In this document: positions 1-13,510 of the stretch, piece after piece
Layout: each line of letters starts with the position of its first letter
Numbering within the stretch: position 1 is the stretch's first letter
Source: Amoeboaphelidium protococcarum X5
Lineage: Eukaryota; Fungi; Aphelidiomycota
Length of the DNA: 64,000 nt
Assembly: GCA_023515725.1 (NCBI GenBank)
Contig: JALDTO010000235.1
Coordinates: forward strand, 418,371-482,370
Reading direction: 5' to 3'
The notes under the pieces: generated by a model
Database searches by the model: none
What the model was told of the DNA's origin: nothing
What the model saw: the letters and a program-made list of their open reading frames with translations, nothing else
Position numbers and translations under genes: made by a program

Positions 1-1494
1 CATCGGTGACGGTATCGCTCGTGTGTACGGTCTACGTAATGTCCAAGCAGAGGAGATGGTGGAATTCTCCAGCGGTGTGCAGGTAAGAATTTGTACGGCA
101 TTGCTTTAAACATTTTCATTATCGCTATAAACTTGTAGGGTATGGCTTTGAATTTGGAAGCTGACAATGTCGGTATTGTCGTCTTTGGTAACGATCGTCA
201 GATCAAGGAAGGTGACACTGTGAAGCGTACTGGTAACATTGTGGACGTTCCATAAGGTGAGGGTCTGCTCGGACGTGTTGTTGATGCTCTTGGTAATCCT
301 ATCGATGGTAAGGGTCCTATCCAGAATGTGAAGCGTGCGCGTGTGCAAGTCAAGGCTCCTGGAATTATCCCTCGTCAGTCTGTGAACGAGCCTATGCAGA
401 CCGGTATCAAGTGTATCGACTCCATGGTGCCTATTGGTCGTGGTCAGCGTGAGTTGATTATTGGTGATCGTCAGACCGGTAAGACTGCTGTTGCTCTGGA
501 TACCATCATCAACCAGAAGAGATGGAACGATGGTAATGATGAGAGCAGAAAGCTGTACTGTGTCTACGTCGCTGTCGGTCAGAAGAGATCCACCGTGGCT
601 CAGTTTGTGCAGACTCTGGAGCAGTACGATGCTCTGAAGTATTCTATTGTCGTGGCTGCTACTGCTAGTGAGGCTGCTCCATTGCAGTTCTTGGCTCCTT
701 ACTCTGGATGTACCATGGGTGAGCACTTCCGTGATAATGGTAAGCATGCACTGATCATCTATGATGACTTGTCCAAGCAGGCCGTGGCTTATCGTCAAAT
801 GTCTCTGCTGCTGCGTCGTCCACCAGGTAGAGAAGCTTATCCTGGTGATGTTTTCTACTTGCACAGTCGTCTGTTGGAGCGTGCTGCCAAGATGAACGTC
901 AAGTTTGGTGGTGGTAGTCTGACTGCTCTGCCTATCATTGAGACTCAGGGTGGTGACGTGTCTGCTTACATTCCTACCAACGTGATTAGTATCACTGATG
1001 GTCAAATTTTCTTGGAAGCTGAGCTGTTCTTTAAGGGTGTGCGTCCGGCTATTAACGTTGGTCTTTCCGTGTCCCGTGTCGGTTCTGCTGCCCAGATTAA
1101 GGCTATGAAGTAGGTTGCCGGTTCGCTGAAGCTTTTCTTGGCTCAGTATCGTGAAGTTGCTGCATTCGCACAGTTTGGTTCTGATCTGGATGCTTCCACT
1201 TAGTTCACTTTGAACCGTGGTGCTCGTCTGACTGAGCTCTTGAAGCAGAAGCAGTACAGTCCACTGCCTGTTGAGGAGTAGGTGGTCATCATCTATGCTG
1301 GTGTCAATGGTTTCTTGGATAAGCTGCCAGTGAACAAGGTTGGCGAGTTCGAGAAGGCTATCATTCCATTTGTGAAGAGCCAGTACCCAGAGTTGATTGA
1401 CGGTATCAAGAAGGATGGTAAGATTAGCGATGACATGAACAAGAAGTTGAAGGACACCATCATGCCAAACTTTCTCAAGACTTTTGCTGCTTGA
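1..1494 (+). CDS. ATP1: Mitochondrial F1 ATP synthase alpha subunit (5'-truncated); intron 83-138
   Basis: GDRQTGKT P-loop, [22 protein letters not shown]. In-frame TAG at conserved Gln sites (1111, 1201, 1279). GTAAG..TGTAG intron restores FSSGVQ|GMALNL. TGA 1492-1494. Confidence 0.98.
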
Positions 1495-1631
1495 GCAGAT
1501 TGAGTGACATGTTGGTTGGATGAGAATGTCATTATTTGGTATATCATCCCACCATGGAACAATTTGAGCTAATGAAAGAATAAAGCAACGATTGAAACTT
1601 GACATTTTACATCATTCTATTTAAAGTCACT

Positions 1632-3509
1632 TCAATTTTTGTTAAATCGCTTCTTGGCCGCAGGTCGGATGTTGTTCTGTTCAGATGTCATCAACTTGGA
1701 CGTTCTCTGAGATGCGGGGATGGTAATACCATCTGCAGTAGAAGATTCATGATTCTAGAGATCCTGAACTGCTTCTAATTACTTTATAGTAGGGCCATTA
1801 TCGGACAATTACTCAGTGTCAGCAAACAGCTACACTAAAAGATGATCTATGGCGGTATAAATTACAGCCTTATTAAGTTACTTATGAGACGTTGCCTAAA
1901 CCAGAGTTGAGATTGCTCCATCGACAACTTCCGCGCCTAATGTATCGACCAAATGAATCTTATCCAACAGTCTCCTAAGTGCCTTCTGAGCTTAATTCAA
2001 AATCTGTGCTTTATCCTGCTCAGTTCGCGGCACCAATGGAGATCCCCATTTCTAATCTGGCCATAGCGATTATTCCAAGAGGCGAATGACGAACGAGATG
2101 CTCTTGTCACTGAGGCTTTTAGATATCCCTGAACGAATAATATTCCTAATAGCCGGACCAAACATGAACCAAACGTACGGCCTATATACAATCATAAACA
2201 GAGTCCAAGGTACTGCATAGTACGTGTCTAGTTTGAGTAAAGAAGCTATAAATTTCCAAAATTAATCATCAATCTAAGGCTGCAAGAGTGAGCGATGACT
2301 TTGTTACGTAGGAGCAGAAGTAAGGGAGGATAATGTAGACGCACCTTATCCAGAGGTGCTAGATTCTGTAGGCCTTAAAAGAAACTCTGAAAAGAGTCTT
2401 TTTATAAACTAGACTGTCCATAGTAGTACCAACATCGGCAGTGAGGTATTAGGAGGAGTTGAAGATGAAGCAACGCGATCTTGTTCAAAACTCTTATCTG
2501 GCGATATATCTGGTAATAACTACTTAGGATTGCTGACCAGCTTAGTTTCCACAGGAAGAGATTAAGTTTGAATCTGATTCCTTTAAATAACTGTAAACTT
2601 CTTGCCATTACCGTTGGAGGATAATGAGGCGTCCCCATTGCCACTGGTAGCTTAATGATTAACATCCGTCATATCCTTTGACCGCCTGACTTTAATCGCA
2701 CTTTACACACCACCATGCAAATGAGTTTTAATATCAGATACATATGTAAGCTAAACTTCACTACTAGACTTTTTATGACCAACTGTCCGCTTCTTATTGC
2801 CATTATTACCAGTATTACTGTTAACATTAAGGTTACTATTAGAGGGAATTTTATTCAATTGTGGATTTGACTGCACCCGCTATTTTAATCTAAACATCAA
2901 ATCTTAATCCTCAACCTTTACTATAAAATCGCAAATATTAAGAATCACCTCATGCAGAAATGTGGGATCTGATATCCTTTCGAAAATCTGTAGAAGAACA
3001 CTTCGCAATATCTCCAAGAGTAATTACTATGTCAAATTTGACGCTTAACCAAATACCCGAACTAGAGTAAACTAAATCAATTTAGTGATCAACAGAGACT
3101 CTTTACCTCTATCGTCAATACCCTGTATAGAGGGGTGTTATCGCACCAAGTACTATCTAACAAATACAGATTCACTCACACCATCTCGCCGTTCCAGGTC
3201 ATATAGACTTCTCTGTGCATCTCTAAAATCTTGCAAATGTTTATTCAATATTTTGAACAAATCATAGCATATAATCCTATCCCAATCAACATTCTAAGCC
3301 TTTGACTCGATGGTAGAGCAGATCTGTGCAAGAGCCTTCATGAGATCTTGACTAAACTCATACTCTGCCGGACACAGCCATAAATACCAAGTTTCAATGA
3401 AATCCCTCTTAAATAACGAAAGAATGGACCTCAAAGCCGCATCTGTCAATGGATGCCCAGGTGTAAATTAATACAAATTCAATTATTACTATTATTAAGA
3501 GGAGGACAT
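1632..3509 (-). CDS. PXA + Nexin_C (PXC) domain protein, Mdm1/Nvj3/SNX-RGS-related, no PX/RGS recognised (625 aa)
   Basis: Start and TGA in frame under table 6. N-terminal FIETWY..HP..LLEIL..ISDP (PXA-like). C-terminal LWP..PRT..LNKAVIYTAIDHLLVQLF (Nexin_C-like). Confidence 0.75.
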
Positions 3510-3590
3510 TGTATAAGATAAACCCCGCCTTTTGCACTGGAATTAGAGATATTAATTAACGAGGAATGAAAGGGCGAAAGATATCTCAAT

Positions 3591-3612
3591 GAACGAACGA
3601 ACGGAACGACGA
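3591..3612. repeat. (GAAC)n simple repeat upstream of the PXA gene
   Basis: gaacgaacgaacggaacgacga, about 80 bp 5' of the ATG. Confidence 0.75.
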
Positions 3613-3743
3613 AAAGAGAAAAATACGGCGATGAAACGCACCTCATGATCGATCTGCTCTTTTAATCTGCATTCAGTAATTAAGGTACACGGTATAGCCG
3701 CAATATTGTACTCATATTTTATTATTAGTATTCTTATTAAATC

Positions 3744-5723
3744 TCAATTACCAACCATCTCATTGTTTTCAAGTTCAATCGCAATCTTTTAAGCCTTCTG
3801 TTTTCTAAAGTGCCTCGTCATCTCTGGATCAAATCCCTTGGCCTGATTTCCATAGACAGCCCAGTTTGGAGTTGGTGCCACGTAGTCCAGAGAGTCAAAT
3901 GGGACGCCAGATTAGATCAAGTCATGGAATCTATCATAATCGATCCACGTATGCCATTTATCGTCAATATAAAACTTCTTATGCGCCACAAGAACTGAGC
4001 ATGAGTGTTCATGTTCACACGCAATCTCGTACTCAATAACAGATCCCAATTCGGCAATCAGCTTCTTCACAAAATCAACCACTTCATGCTGATACGGAAC
4101 ATTTGACATTCTGATGGGGGACGAGGCACTGAATCCACAGAAAGTCACACCTTTAACCTCAATGAAATCCGGCTATCCTCTTCTGATCAGATCGCAATAA
4201 TGAGACAAGTCCTCCGTATTGTAATCCTTAACCAAAGTCAGACGGTATACGGTTCTCTGTCCTTTATCCCTAATGGCATCCAGCGACCCGACAAATCTCT
4301 CCCAGAAGTCTTCAAACAGTGGACGGTCAATCTTCTTCAGGGACTCTTTAGTGGCAGCATCGACACTGACATACAGCTGAGTAACGGGGGACAAGTTGGT
4401 AATCATTTCAGGAAATTGGGCATTGGTCACTAGGAAACTGGATATGCGTCGAGCATGTAACATCTCAACAAACTCATTGATGTGCGGATACATGATGGGT
4501 TCACCGACGAGGGATAGTGCACAATGCCTGATATCGAAAGCTTCCTTCATGCGATCCTCTTGTACACCGGGAACTCCCTTCAATTGTTTAATCATTGAAT
4601 AGTGACCATCAATGGCACCATCAAGAACACTTTTAGGATCATCAATCTTCCATCGCCACGTCGTACCCACAGGATTAGTATGATGTCTCCAGCAGAAGAC
4701 GCACTTGTTAGCGCAAGCAAGAGACGGTGTAGTCTCCATACACTGGTGAGATGCGATTCCGTAAAATGTATGCTTATAACAACCACCTCTACCTCTCAAC
4801 ATACTCTTGGTCCATCTGCAAATCTTTACACCTGAATGAGATCCAACTATTTTATATCCCTACTTGGTCAACGACTTGTGCAGCATTGGATTGACCATTT
4901 CACGAGGAGTATTACCAGCAGCTTGATTCCTGGACTCTCCATAGTTGCCAACATCTTCTAGATCCATTACATCGCCTGCACCATCACCCTCTTCTTACTC
5001 TTCATCTTCATCAGATACAACAGCTTGCTCCTCATTCTACTGCTAGCCATCGGGCACAACACTACCACTCAAAGCCAATACCAATCCTTCAGACCAAACA
5101 TCAAAATCTTAAGCAATATTATACGCAAAATCACCTAGACCAGTAATTGCAATTTTCTGTGCTCCAAGACTTGCCAAATTAAAATCGACGCGTTTCGCCA
5201 CAGCATTAAAGTTCTACTTATAATCAGAGTGACCAAGACCGAATACGGCATACTCCAATCCCTTCAGTTCATCTCTGCTCACCCTAAAATCATTTTTGAA
5301 TTCATCTAACCACTAGCAGAATAGAGATGCATTATCAGGAGGAGTTCCATTCTCGTATGTGGGAATAATGATGATCAGCTTCATGGCAAGTCTGCTACTT
5401 TGACGCGTCAGAACGTCATCATCAAACTTGGATAGGTTCATAACATTGATGTCAATATCAGGCAGCACCTTTTCAATCTTATGCTTCAATGCCAGTGAAA
5501 ACTCTTTAGCAGCAAAAGTCTGCGTACCATACCATATTTAGATTGATTTCTTAGTGGCAGTCTCAGGTTCATCTCGAACATCCAGATCTTCCATCGCTAC
5601 ATCTCCTACATCTGACGAGTTCTTAATTTCTCTGCCAGAGGACGCGTCTTTCACGCTCTAGAAATAGAACTGAACGGCCAATAATAGTATGGTCAATACT
5701 ATTACCACAAATTCTACAACCAT
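3744..5723 (-). CDS. TYW1: tRNA wybutosine-synthesizing protein 1 (flavodoxin + radical SAM), 659 aa
   Basis: N-terminal TM segment, flavodoxin YGTQT, CYKHTFYGIASHQCME, CANKCVFCWRH radical-SAM motif. Ends TGA. Confidence 0.96.
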
Positions 5724-5943
5724 CCCTCTATCTCTCTGTCTTTCTTGTCCAATTCGAAAATTAAACTTCTTGCTGTAGAACGTTGATAACGCAATTTGAG
5801 TGTTTTTAACGCGCGTCGTTTGTAGAATTTAGAGTCAAGTAAAGACCAACAAAATGAGTGCGACAAACAAAAAAGTCTGACAGGATAGGTACAAAATGTT
5901 ATATAAAAATAAAGTCGTATTGTACATTGCTTAGTTTACATAT

Positions 5944-6636
5944 TCAGTCTTAATTTAGACAAACAGAGGGGATGCCAAATACATAGTCATCATCAAGATC
6001 ATCAAAATTAGGCACATAACACTCATAATCAGTCACTATTGTAATTTCAGTCTGCAGGAGAAGCAGTTTCAGTGACAGGCGATAAGGCGCGTTCCTGACC
6101 AGAGTTTTCTGAGCAACGTTGCAATCGCGAGGATCTAGCTGGGATTTGTACGGCTGATTCTGGTATGTGGCTTGAATCAGAACGCGTCCCAATTCTGTTT
6201 CAACCGCCTTCTCCATTCTCCAAGTCCACACCTGGACCGGGCGCGTCTGTCTGTGTCGCTTCACGTATTCCCTCCCGACGTACTTGAAATCTGACAAATT
6301 CAAGTCAAGTCTGCCCTTTTCTTCAGACGGCAAGTGAAACACTTCACAATCTCCTACGGTAAGATCTGCAACGTACATGGTGTCGTTGATCTGCAGTTGT
6401 TTCATCATGTGCCAATCATACTTCTCACCCTGCAGATACATTCGCGACATTCTCTTCGCACCAGTACCATCTTGACCAAAATCTTTAAACAGAGTGCCAC
6501 TTGCTTGAGTATTAACGGGAGATGAGGGATCACCACTCACTATAGTCACTGCTTCAAAATCCAATCTATATTGATTCTGAAGACTAAGATTGTCAATCAC
6601 CATCATTGCCAGCGAGAGCAGTTATTTAACATACAT
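5944..6636 (-). CDS. Ependymin-related (EPDR/LolA-fold)-like protein, about 230 aa, probably secreted or lysosomal; start uncertain (frame open to 6840)
   Basis: Weakly hydrophobic N-terminus. C-x-V..KYVGRE..VQVW..DC..P pattern and terminal VFGIPSVC resemble the EPDR C-terminal F-x-x-P-x-x-C. Reads through TAA 5950 to TGA 5944. Confidence 0.55.
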
Positions 6637-6936
6637 ACTTGATAAAAGAATGATTAGTTTCCGGGAAGATTTTTGATTTCTATAAGCTGGATAGTTGAAG
6701 ATTGTTGAGTAAAATGGAAAGTTGCGACGATGAGGTGGCGTTTTATGCGCGCTGATGAGTGTGGACTTTGAAGTTGCGCGTCCACGTTTGATTGAGCGAT
6801 TTGGAGCCGAAGGAGACAGACGCGCTCGTTGTTTCCTCATTCTTCCGAGTTTTCGTTTCGTCTACACTTTCTTTTATTCATTTTCTCCATTTAGTCGAAT
6901 TGACAGACATTCTTGTAGATAAATAATACATTTGGG

Positions 6937-7656
6937 ATGGGAAAAATTCAAGTTAAAGCGGCGAGAGGTGGTATAAGTACAAAGGAGAGTTTCCCTTTGC
7001 GATAAAGAACGGCAGTGTAATAGACGTCTTAAACTCGGTTGAAGTAGAGGCATGATCTCGATAAATTTGTAAAGAAGCAGAAAATCTAATTAACTGCTGC
7101 ACCTAATGATGATGCAGATCAATTTAATGACTACAGTGAGGATGAAGATGGAGATGATTATTTAGTAGCCGGTGGAGAGTAGGAGTAGATTGAAGCGGCG
7201 GAGTATGAATCTGAAGATGGAAGTGATCTGAATGATGCCGCAGAGTCTGACGATGAAGATGGATCAACAGAGGCTCTTAAAGCTAAGGGTGTTAAGCGGT
7301 AATTGGATGATGTTGCAGATTCTGCTAGCGACGATGATGATGAAGACGATAGTGAAGATGATACTGAGTAGCTTTTATTGGAATTAGAAAAGATAAAATA
7401 AGAGAAGGCGCGTCAAAAGGCTTAGTAGTAATAATCATCATCGTCCGGCACCTAGAATGTGTAGAATGGTGCACCTAATTTAAAAAGGAGATGGAATGAT
7501 GATACAGTATTTAGAAATTAGGCCCCTCCTCGTACTTCTGGATAGCAGCAGTAGAGCAGCTTCAATAACGCGTCCAGACCTGCTGCAGTAGTAGATAGTA
7601 ATGATATTCTCAAGACTGATTTTCACAAAAAGTTTATGAATCGATATTTCAAGTGA
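6937..7656 (+). CDS. CWC15: Pre-mRNA splicing factor Cwc15 (divergent N-terminus), 239 aa
   Basis: Acidic middle region, DTEQLLLELEKIKQE, KRRWNDDTVFRN, NDILKTDFHKKFMNRYFK-TGA. Confidence 0.9.
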
Positions 7657-7731
7657 TCACTACTCGCTCATGTTTGTAATGTTAATACATTATGTACTTT
7701 GTAATTACGTAACTTGCCTGCTATATTGATT

Positions 7732-10700
7732 TCACTTGATAGACTTTTACTGATTCTACTTCTCAACCGATATCCATTGGTTGAGTGGAGACAATTTTAT
7801 CGCCTGATTGTAGCAGTCCATAGCTTAATCGCATGCATCTACAGACATTAAGCACCTCGCAAGCACAATGTATCCTTGGGCTTTGACAGATGTAGGAGTA
7901 TCAGCTCCTAGCGTAGAGTTGAGTTCATCCAATTACTGCAGACTGGCTATCAAGTCATCGGAACTGACCGAATCACACAAAAACTTGTTGTTCATCAAAT
8001 CAGCCTCAAATATTTGCAGCCACGCCGTCAGAGCTCGATCCTTCTGAGATTGTTCATTCGTCACTTTAATCAAGCTCAAAAATATATCAATTTTATTGAT
8101 AGCATCGGTTGCAGCTGGTATATCTCTTTATTTGATGCACTCTTCAGCTCGCTTGGCCTATGCAACCAACAAATAGCACAGCACATCAAACCTATGAGGA
8201 TACTTATGAACGAGACGCATCAACTCTATCGCATAAGCAGGATCTGAGTGCGGAATATTCAAGCACGACCGTATAAAGACTGATTACAACACGCCATCGT
8301 GCGTGTCATTTCCACTCAAACAAAGTTGACTGTGAGCAATAGCGGTATCGATATGACTCTCAGTCTATAGTACTCCCTTCAAGTACAACTTCGAGAAAGT
8401 GTACCATATCTGAACGTTATCAGGATGCAAGTGAGCATAACTCAAAAGATACTTGACACCATCAGATACAGATTGCAAGTCGATTGAGTATTCAACCTTC
8501 AATAAACTCAAATGCAATAGATCCTGATCAGTCATTGATTCAAACGGAATGGATTTCAGTTCCATCAGAGCAGCCTGTGATAGCTCCTTATCCTTTGAAA
8601 CTAGACCAAGTGCTAATAGAATTTTGATGGCCTCCAAAAACGAAGGATTCTACTAATAACACATGAATAGACAATCTCTAGCTTTAAGATTCGATTAAGT
8701 ACCATCGTGAGCAGAAAACAACATCTGGGCCTTCAATAACATCGCCTTGGCTTTCAACAGCCCATCAACCTGACCCAAAAACTGATCAATGTACACCACA
8801 GCCTCATCCTATGATCCGGAATGATAAAGCGACAATGCCAGCCCAATGACAGTCTCTTTAGTAGTTTTGCGCTTCAAAAGAGCTCTATATAGAGACACGG
8901 CCTCCGTAAGATCTTCAGCCGATTCCAAAAGACATTTAGCCAAGCTAGAGTCACAACTATTAGCAAACTGGATATCATTGTCCGGGGCAAACTTCTAAGC
9001 CTTCCTAAATGAATGCATCGCGGCATCGTACTGGGTCATGCGCAAATGCAGCAATCCTTGTAAAAGTAACATCTAATAGTCTCGAGGCTTCTACTTCAAA
9101 ATACGCTCAATTAGATACAGACAAAACTCTCCATCTTCTTGAAGAAAATGATCATGCAGGTACAGCTCTATACCAAACGACATAGTTTAATGATACTTGG
9201 GTACAACTGACAACTGACACGCGTGTCTGTATAGATTCAGGGTATCAACAGTTGTCTCTGACAATTTCAAATGAGCGGTCAAGAACCATATAGGCGCCAG
9301 CAATGGATCTAGAGCTTGGGCAAAACTGAGTGCCTTGCCAGCTTATCCAATATCAGATTGCACGTAATAGTAATACAACGCCAAATTAAACCAATAAGTC
9401 GAAGCAGTCACAGATGCAATATCAATGGCAGTGACAAGAGAGTGAAGAGCCACTGCAAGATTAGACTCAGAACTAGCACGAGCAAGGTCATTCCAAGCAG
9501 AAGAATTATCGCCATCAACGCAGACTACTTACTTAAGCAGCTAAAGTGAGTTGTTATGATCCTGAGAGTTTAGATAGACTCTAGCCTTCAGTTGAAGCAT
9601 CTGAGCTATCAACTTGCGGCTATTGCATTTAAAAGCCAACTCTAGGGCCTAATCGATACAAAATAGCGATGCATCACATAAACCAGGGAGATTCTACCCG
9701 ACTACGGCATTAAAGCTAGTTAGTAATTAGTCTCTCCTTTCGGGTAAAATATCAATCTACAACAGATTGAATAAATCATGCAGCAGTCTCCAGACAGTTA
9801 TCAAGCCAGGCTAAGCATCCAGTACAGGTAATAGGATTTCACCAGCAGAGATAAAAGCTTCAATCGCGCGATGTCTCAATCCATCATCCATCAAATCCTT
9901 ACCATACTCCAGTAAGCATTAGGATTTGGCAACGCATACAACCTAAGTCTGAGTGTTGCCAGAAATATCCAATGCAGCATCAAACCACTCTAGAGCTTCT
10001 TAGAAAGAAAACAACTTCCATCTGCACACAGCGATACCATACATGGCAACAAAAGACTTTTCACTCAACTGCATAACTCTACCATACACTTTGAGTGCAG
10101 CTATATAACGATTCAGATTCTGGTAGCAGCGGCCTAACATGGACCAGAGTTCAGAGTTACCGGAGTCGACACGCAGTGCACATTGAAACGCAATTGCAGC
10201 ATCATTGTATTTCTCCTTGCGATACTGAATGTATCCCAAGCTCTTCCAAGCTGTAACAGATCTGCTATTGCTTTCAATTACAGCCTCGTAAACAGAAATC
10301 GCCGAATCGGTATCACCCTCTTCTTCGTATAAGCGGGCCAACTTAACACCAACATCTTCAGAAACTGAGCTGCCAGTAACAGATTTCTGATAACACTTCT
10401 TGGCCCTCGACATATCACCAGCAATCTCTGCATAATAATGACCGAGATATGTGAATGCATCAGAGTATGTAGAATCGATCTGCACGGCTTTCACAAACAT
10501 ATTGAAGCACTTCTCCTTATCACTTCTATGCGTCTCATCCATATGCCAGTAGATGAGACCAAGTCGATAGAAGTACTCTGCAGAAGATTTCATTTCCTCA
10601 GGGAGAGATAACAATTGCTCCAAGGCAGGTTGATACTAGCCAAGATTAAATAGAGCCCATGATAGTTTAGCTCTCAGTCGATTATTATTCTAATCAACGG

Positions 10701-12211
10701 CCAATACACGCTGCACAAGGTCCAACATCTTTTCAAATTCTTTCAACCTCTCCATGGCATCTATCAAAAGAAGCACTGCTTCCAAATCATTCGAGAATTG
10801 CTTCAATAAGCCTTCGCATATAGAGACTGCTTCGAACAATTCAGTCTCAGTAGAGCTGCCATTCTACACATAACATCTGGCCATGGTAAGATTTAGTCTC
10901 CGCTCTATCCTGGGATAGAATGAGCGTTCATTCACTCTTTTAGACTCAAGCAGCTACTTGGCTTATTTAACTAATACAAGCACACCATTAAAATCTTTAT
11001 ACTACAGCAACATTTCAATTAGAAGCAATGGCACGCACATACTATCCTTGTAACTCTTATTAAGATCCTGCATCGATTTTAAAAGTTCTGTCCTCTCATC
11101 TGCCTAAGTATCACCGGCGGCATGCATAAACTTGATAAAGGATAAGAATCCCTAAGCCAGCTACCGAGAGGGAAACTTTTCACAATACTTTTGCACCACT
11201 TAGATGTTATAATCAGCCACACGACTAACATCCTGACTCTCAAGACAATACTCGACTATAAGCGGTTCCAGTGGGAAACTTGAACTCATGATCATCTCAA
11301 CCAGTTAGCTTATATCATTTCTAACATCCTACTTGTCTTCGAGATCAGCATATGGCAACTTCCTCATCAGACTCTCACACAACTTCACATGTAGCTAATG
11401 CTCTTCCAAACTTCCAACTTCAACTAGTTCAAGCAACGAAGCATACATCTCATTCAAATCGCTCGCATTGTACACAATCTTCTCCACTTCAGCCCTGATT
11501 TATGACAGAGGTGGTGCGCCCAATCTGAATTTGCGCGAATTAACCTCTTTCTAAATGGCTTCCTAATCTCCAGATTCGCGCCATTATATCAACTTACGCC
11601 AAATTTAACTAGCCGATGGACAGTCTTCGACATTCTCAAGCTTAAGCACATGATAATCCTCACTTTCAGGTAGCAAACGCTTCAAAACTTCAATAGCATT
11701 GTCGCGGTCACGACCATCTGCCAACCGGTCTGCCCACTTGATGATAATTTCAGCAAACTTTCGGCTCTCATTTCTACAACTTTCAATAATAGTAAAATTA
11801 TTATAGCGTGTATATTTTATGGTACAACTTACTGAGTGATGAATATTTTGGTCAATTTATCGTACGAACACAGCAACTTTTCAGTCTGATTACATTTTTC
11901 ATACAGCGACACCAGTCCCTACATTAAAACCACTCATCATTGTCACACTTCAGAAATCTATAAACCATATAAAGACATACCTGCCAAGCAACTGGAAACT
12001 CTGGCTATAACTTTATCGCCTTCTAGTAAAACTCTTCTGAATCCTTGTTCAAATTGAGATTATCACAAGCCAGAGCATAGAACACGATGGCCTAATAGTT
12101 GGCGGTATCCATGCGCATGGCTTCTTCAGCTTGAGATCGCGCCTCTTTGTAATCCTTGACCGTCAACGCATCTTTGGCCTTTTTCAATACAGCCTTCAAC
12201 TTACCAGACAT
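7732..12211 (-). CDS. SKI3: Superkiller complex TPR protein Ski3/TTC37; introns 11919-11980 and 11774-11832
   Basis: N-terminal KAVLKKAKDAL..NYQAIVFYA..AWQGL, IVKSVKRL..GAPP-like INSRKFRLGAPP segment, many TPRs (AFTYLGHYY..RAKKCYQK). Frame consistent to TGA 7732. Confidence 0.9.
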
Positions 12212-12988
12212 GACAATACTGATTTATGAGTAGTATAATTACTGAAGTTCCCGACAAGACAAAAGAAAAGCAGCTGTTGAACGGAACGAGCTGAGAAAGT
12301 TCAAAGATTTGCGCGACTTGGACGAGACGCGCTGATTTGAACTGTTGTAAGAAACTACTGCGATAAGCCTAATGAAACACTTACAGTACTTTCCACATTT
12401 TAAGTGAGTCATCGAATACACGCCGGTGCTAATTTTGGTCCAGGACCCAACATGGCCAATACTGTTTTGGCTCCTCCTGACCATTTAAGGTCATGGTATT
12501 CAGTGCGAGGCCCGCTCAATAATTGTTGAAATTGCTGTAATCAAGCCATAAACGTAGCCAAATCTTCTTGGTATTAGTAATAATATGATTTCTCTTTTTC
12601 CAATAAATATATATCATGGAGAATTCGATGGACAAGTTTATTAACATCTTGAACGTTTCAACGACTCCTGAGGATTCGCAATATCAAATTGTGCTCAATT
12701 AGGTTGTTCTCTCGGTCCAATAACTATCGACTTTCAGTACTCTGATTAACACATCCTTGGTTTAATCCATTATGTAACGGATAGTAATCTGAAGTGTTTC
12801 ATTGTATCAAGAATGTTTTCAATTGTGATAAGGTGTTTGTATGTATTTAGAATCCCCTTGATTAAAGTCTTTCGAAATATTCAGGGGTAATAAATCAATA
12901 TGTTGATAAACTTGGACTCCAACCAAAGCAATCATTTATGAACTTTGTATCTTAATTTCACCACAAACAGAGTATACATAATAGCAAA

Positions 12989-13510
12989 ATGAGATTTGTA
13001 TTCCTGTTGACATTGCTGCCTTTATTATTACGTGCTTTTGTATATCACGCGTAATCTAGCGATGGACTTTGTCTTTTAAATGCCAACGTCGAGGCTGGTA
13101 AGGCAGAGGTATTAGTGCAACTAACAAACATTTTCCCTGAATTGGAATTTCTCTTCACCACTGGAAAGACTGTGGCAATGAATTAAATTTCTTATCAGTA
13201 AGATATTTAACTGGTTTGGTCCTTGCAGTATCGTGCTATAATGCGTATAAAAGCTCCTAAGGTGGCGTAAAATAAATACATGGATTTGCAGTAAAAAAAT
13301 AATCTTGAGGTGTTCAATGTCTACTTGGATATGTCCGCTGACCTGAGATCTAGCTCCATTCAATATTCTGTAAGCCTGTCTAACGGTTTTATGCGCGCCG
13401 GTAGAATTCAAGTTGACGCGTCCGTGTTGTAGTAAATTGCATAATACGAGCCATCTATTCGTTACGACTCTGATTCCCTTTTGAGGATTCAATTGAAGTA
13501 ATTGATGTGA
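12989..13510 (+). CDS. Hypothetical secreted protein (173 aa)
   Basis: ATG plus signal-peptide-like MRFVFLLTLLPLLLRA. Open only under table 6. No recognisable family. Confidence 0.6.

Noticed and set aside
253-255. TAA at a usually Val position in ATP1 (DVP*G), hinting at a different or ambiguous meaning
   Set aside because: Single site. Other TAA codons (CDC55 FAQCFG, EFQSH) sit at conserved Gln, so a simple substitution is more parsimonious.
106-1605. 499-aa antisense ORF over ATP1
   Set aside because: Shadow ORF produced by strong codon bias in a highly expressed gene. It has no protein-like motifs and crosses the intron.
12616-12792. Short ORF MENSMDKFINIL...
   Set aside because: About 58 codons with no motif or convincing splice structure.
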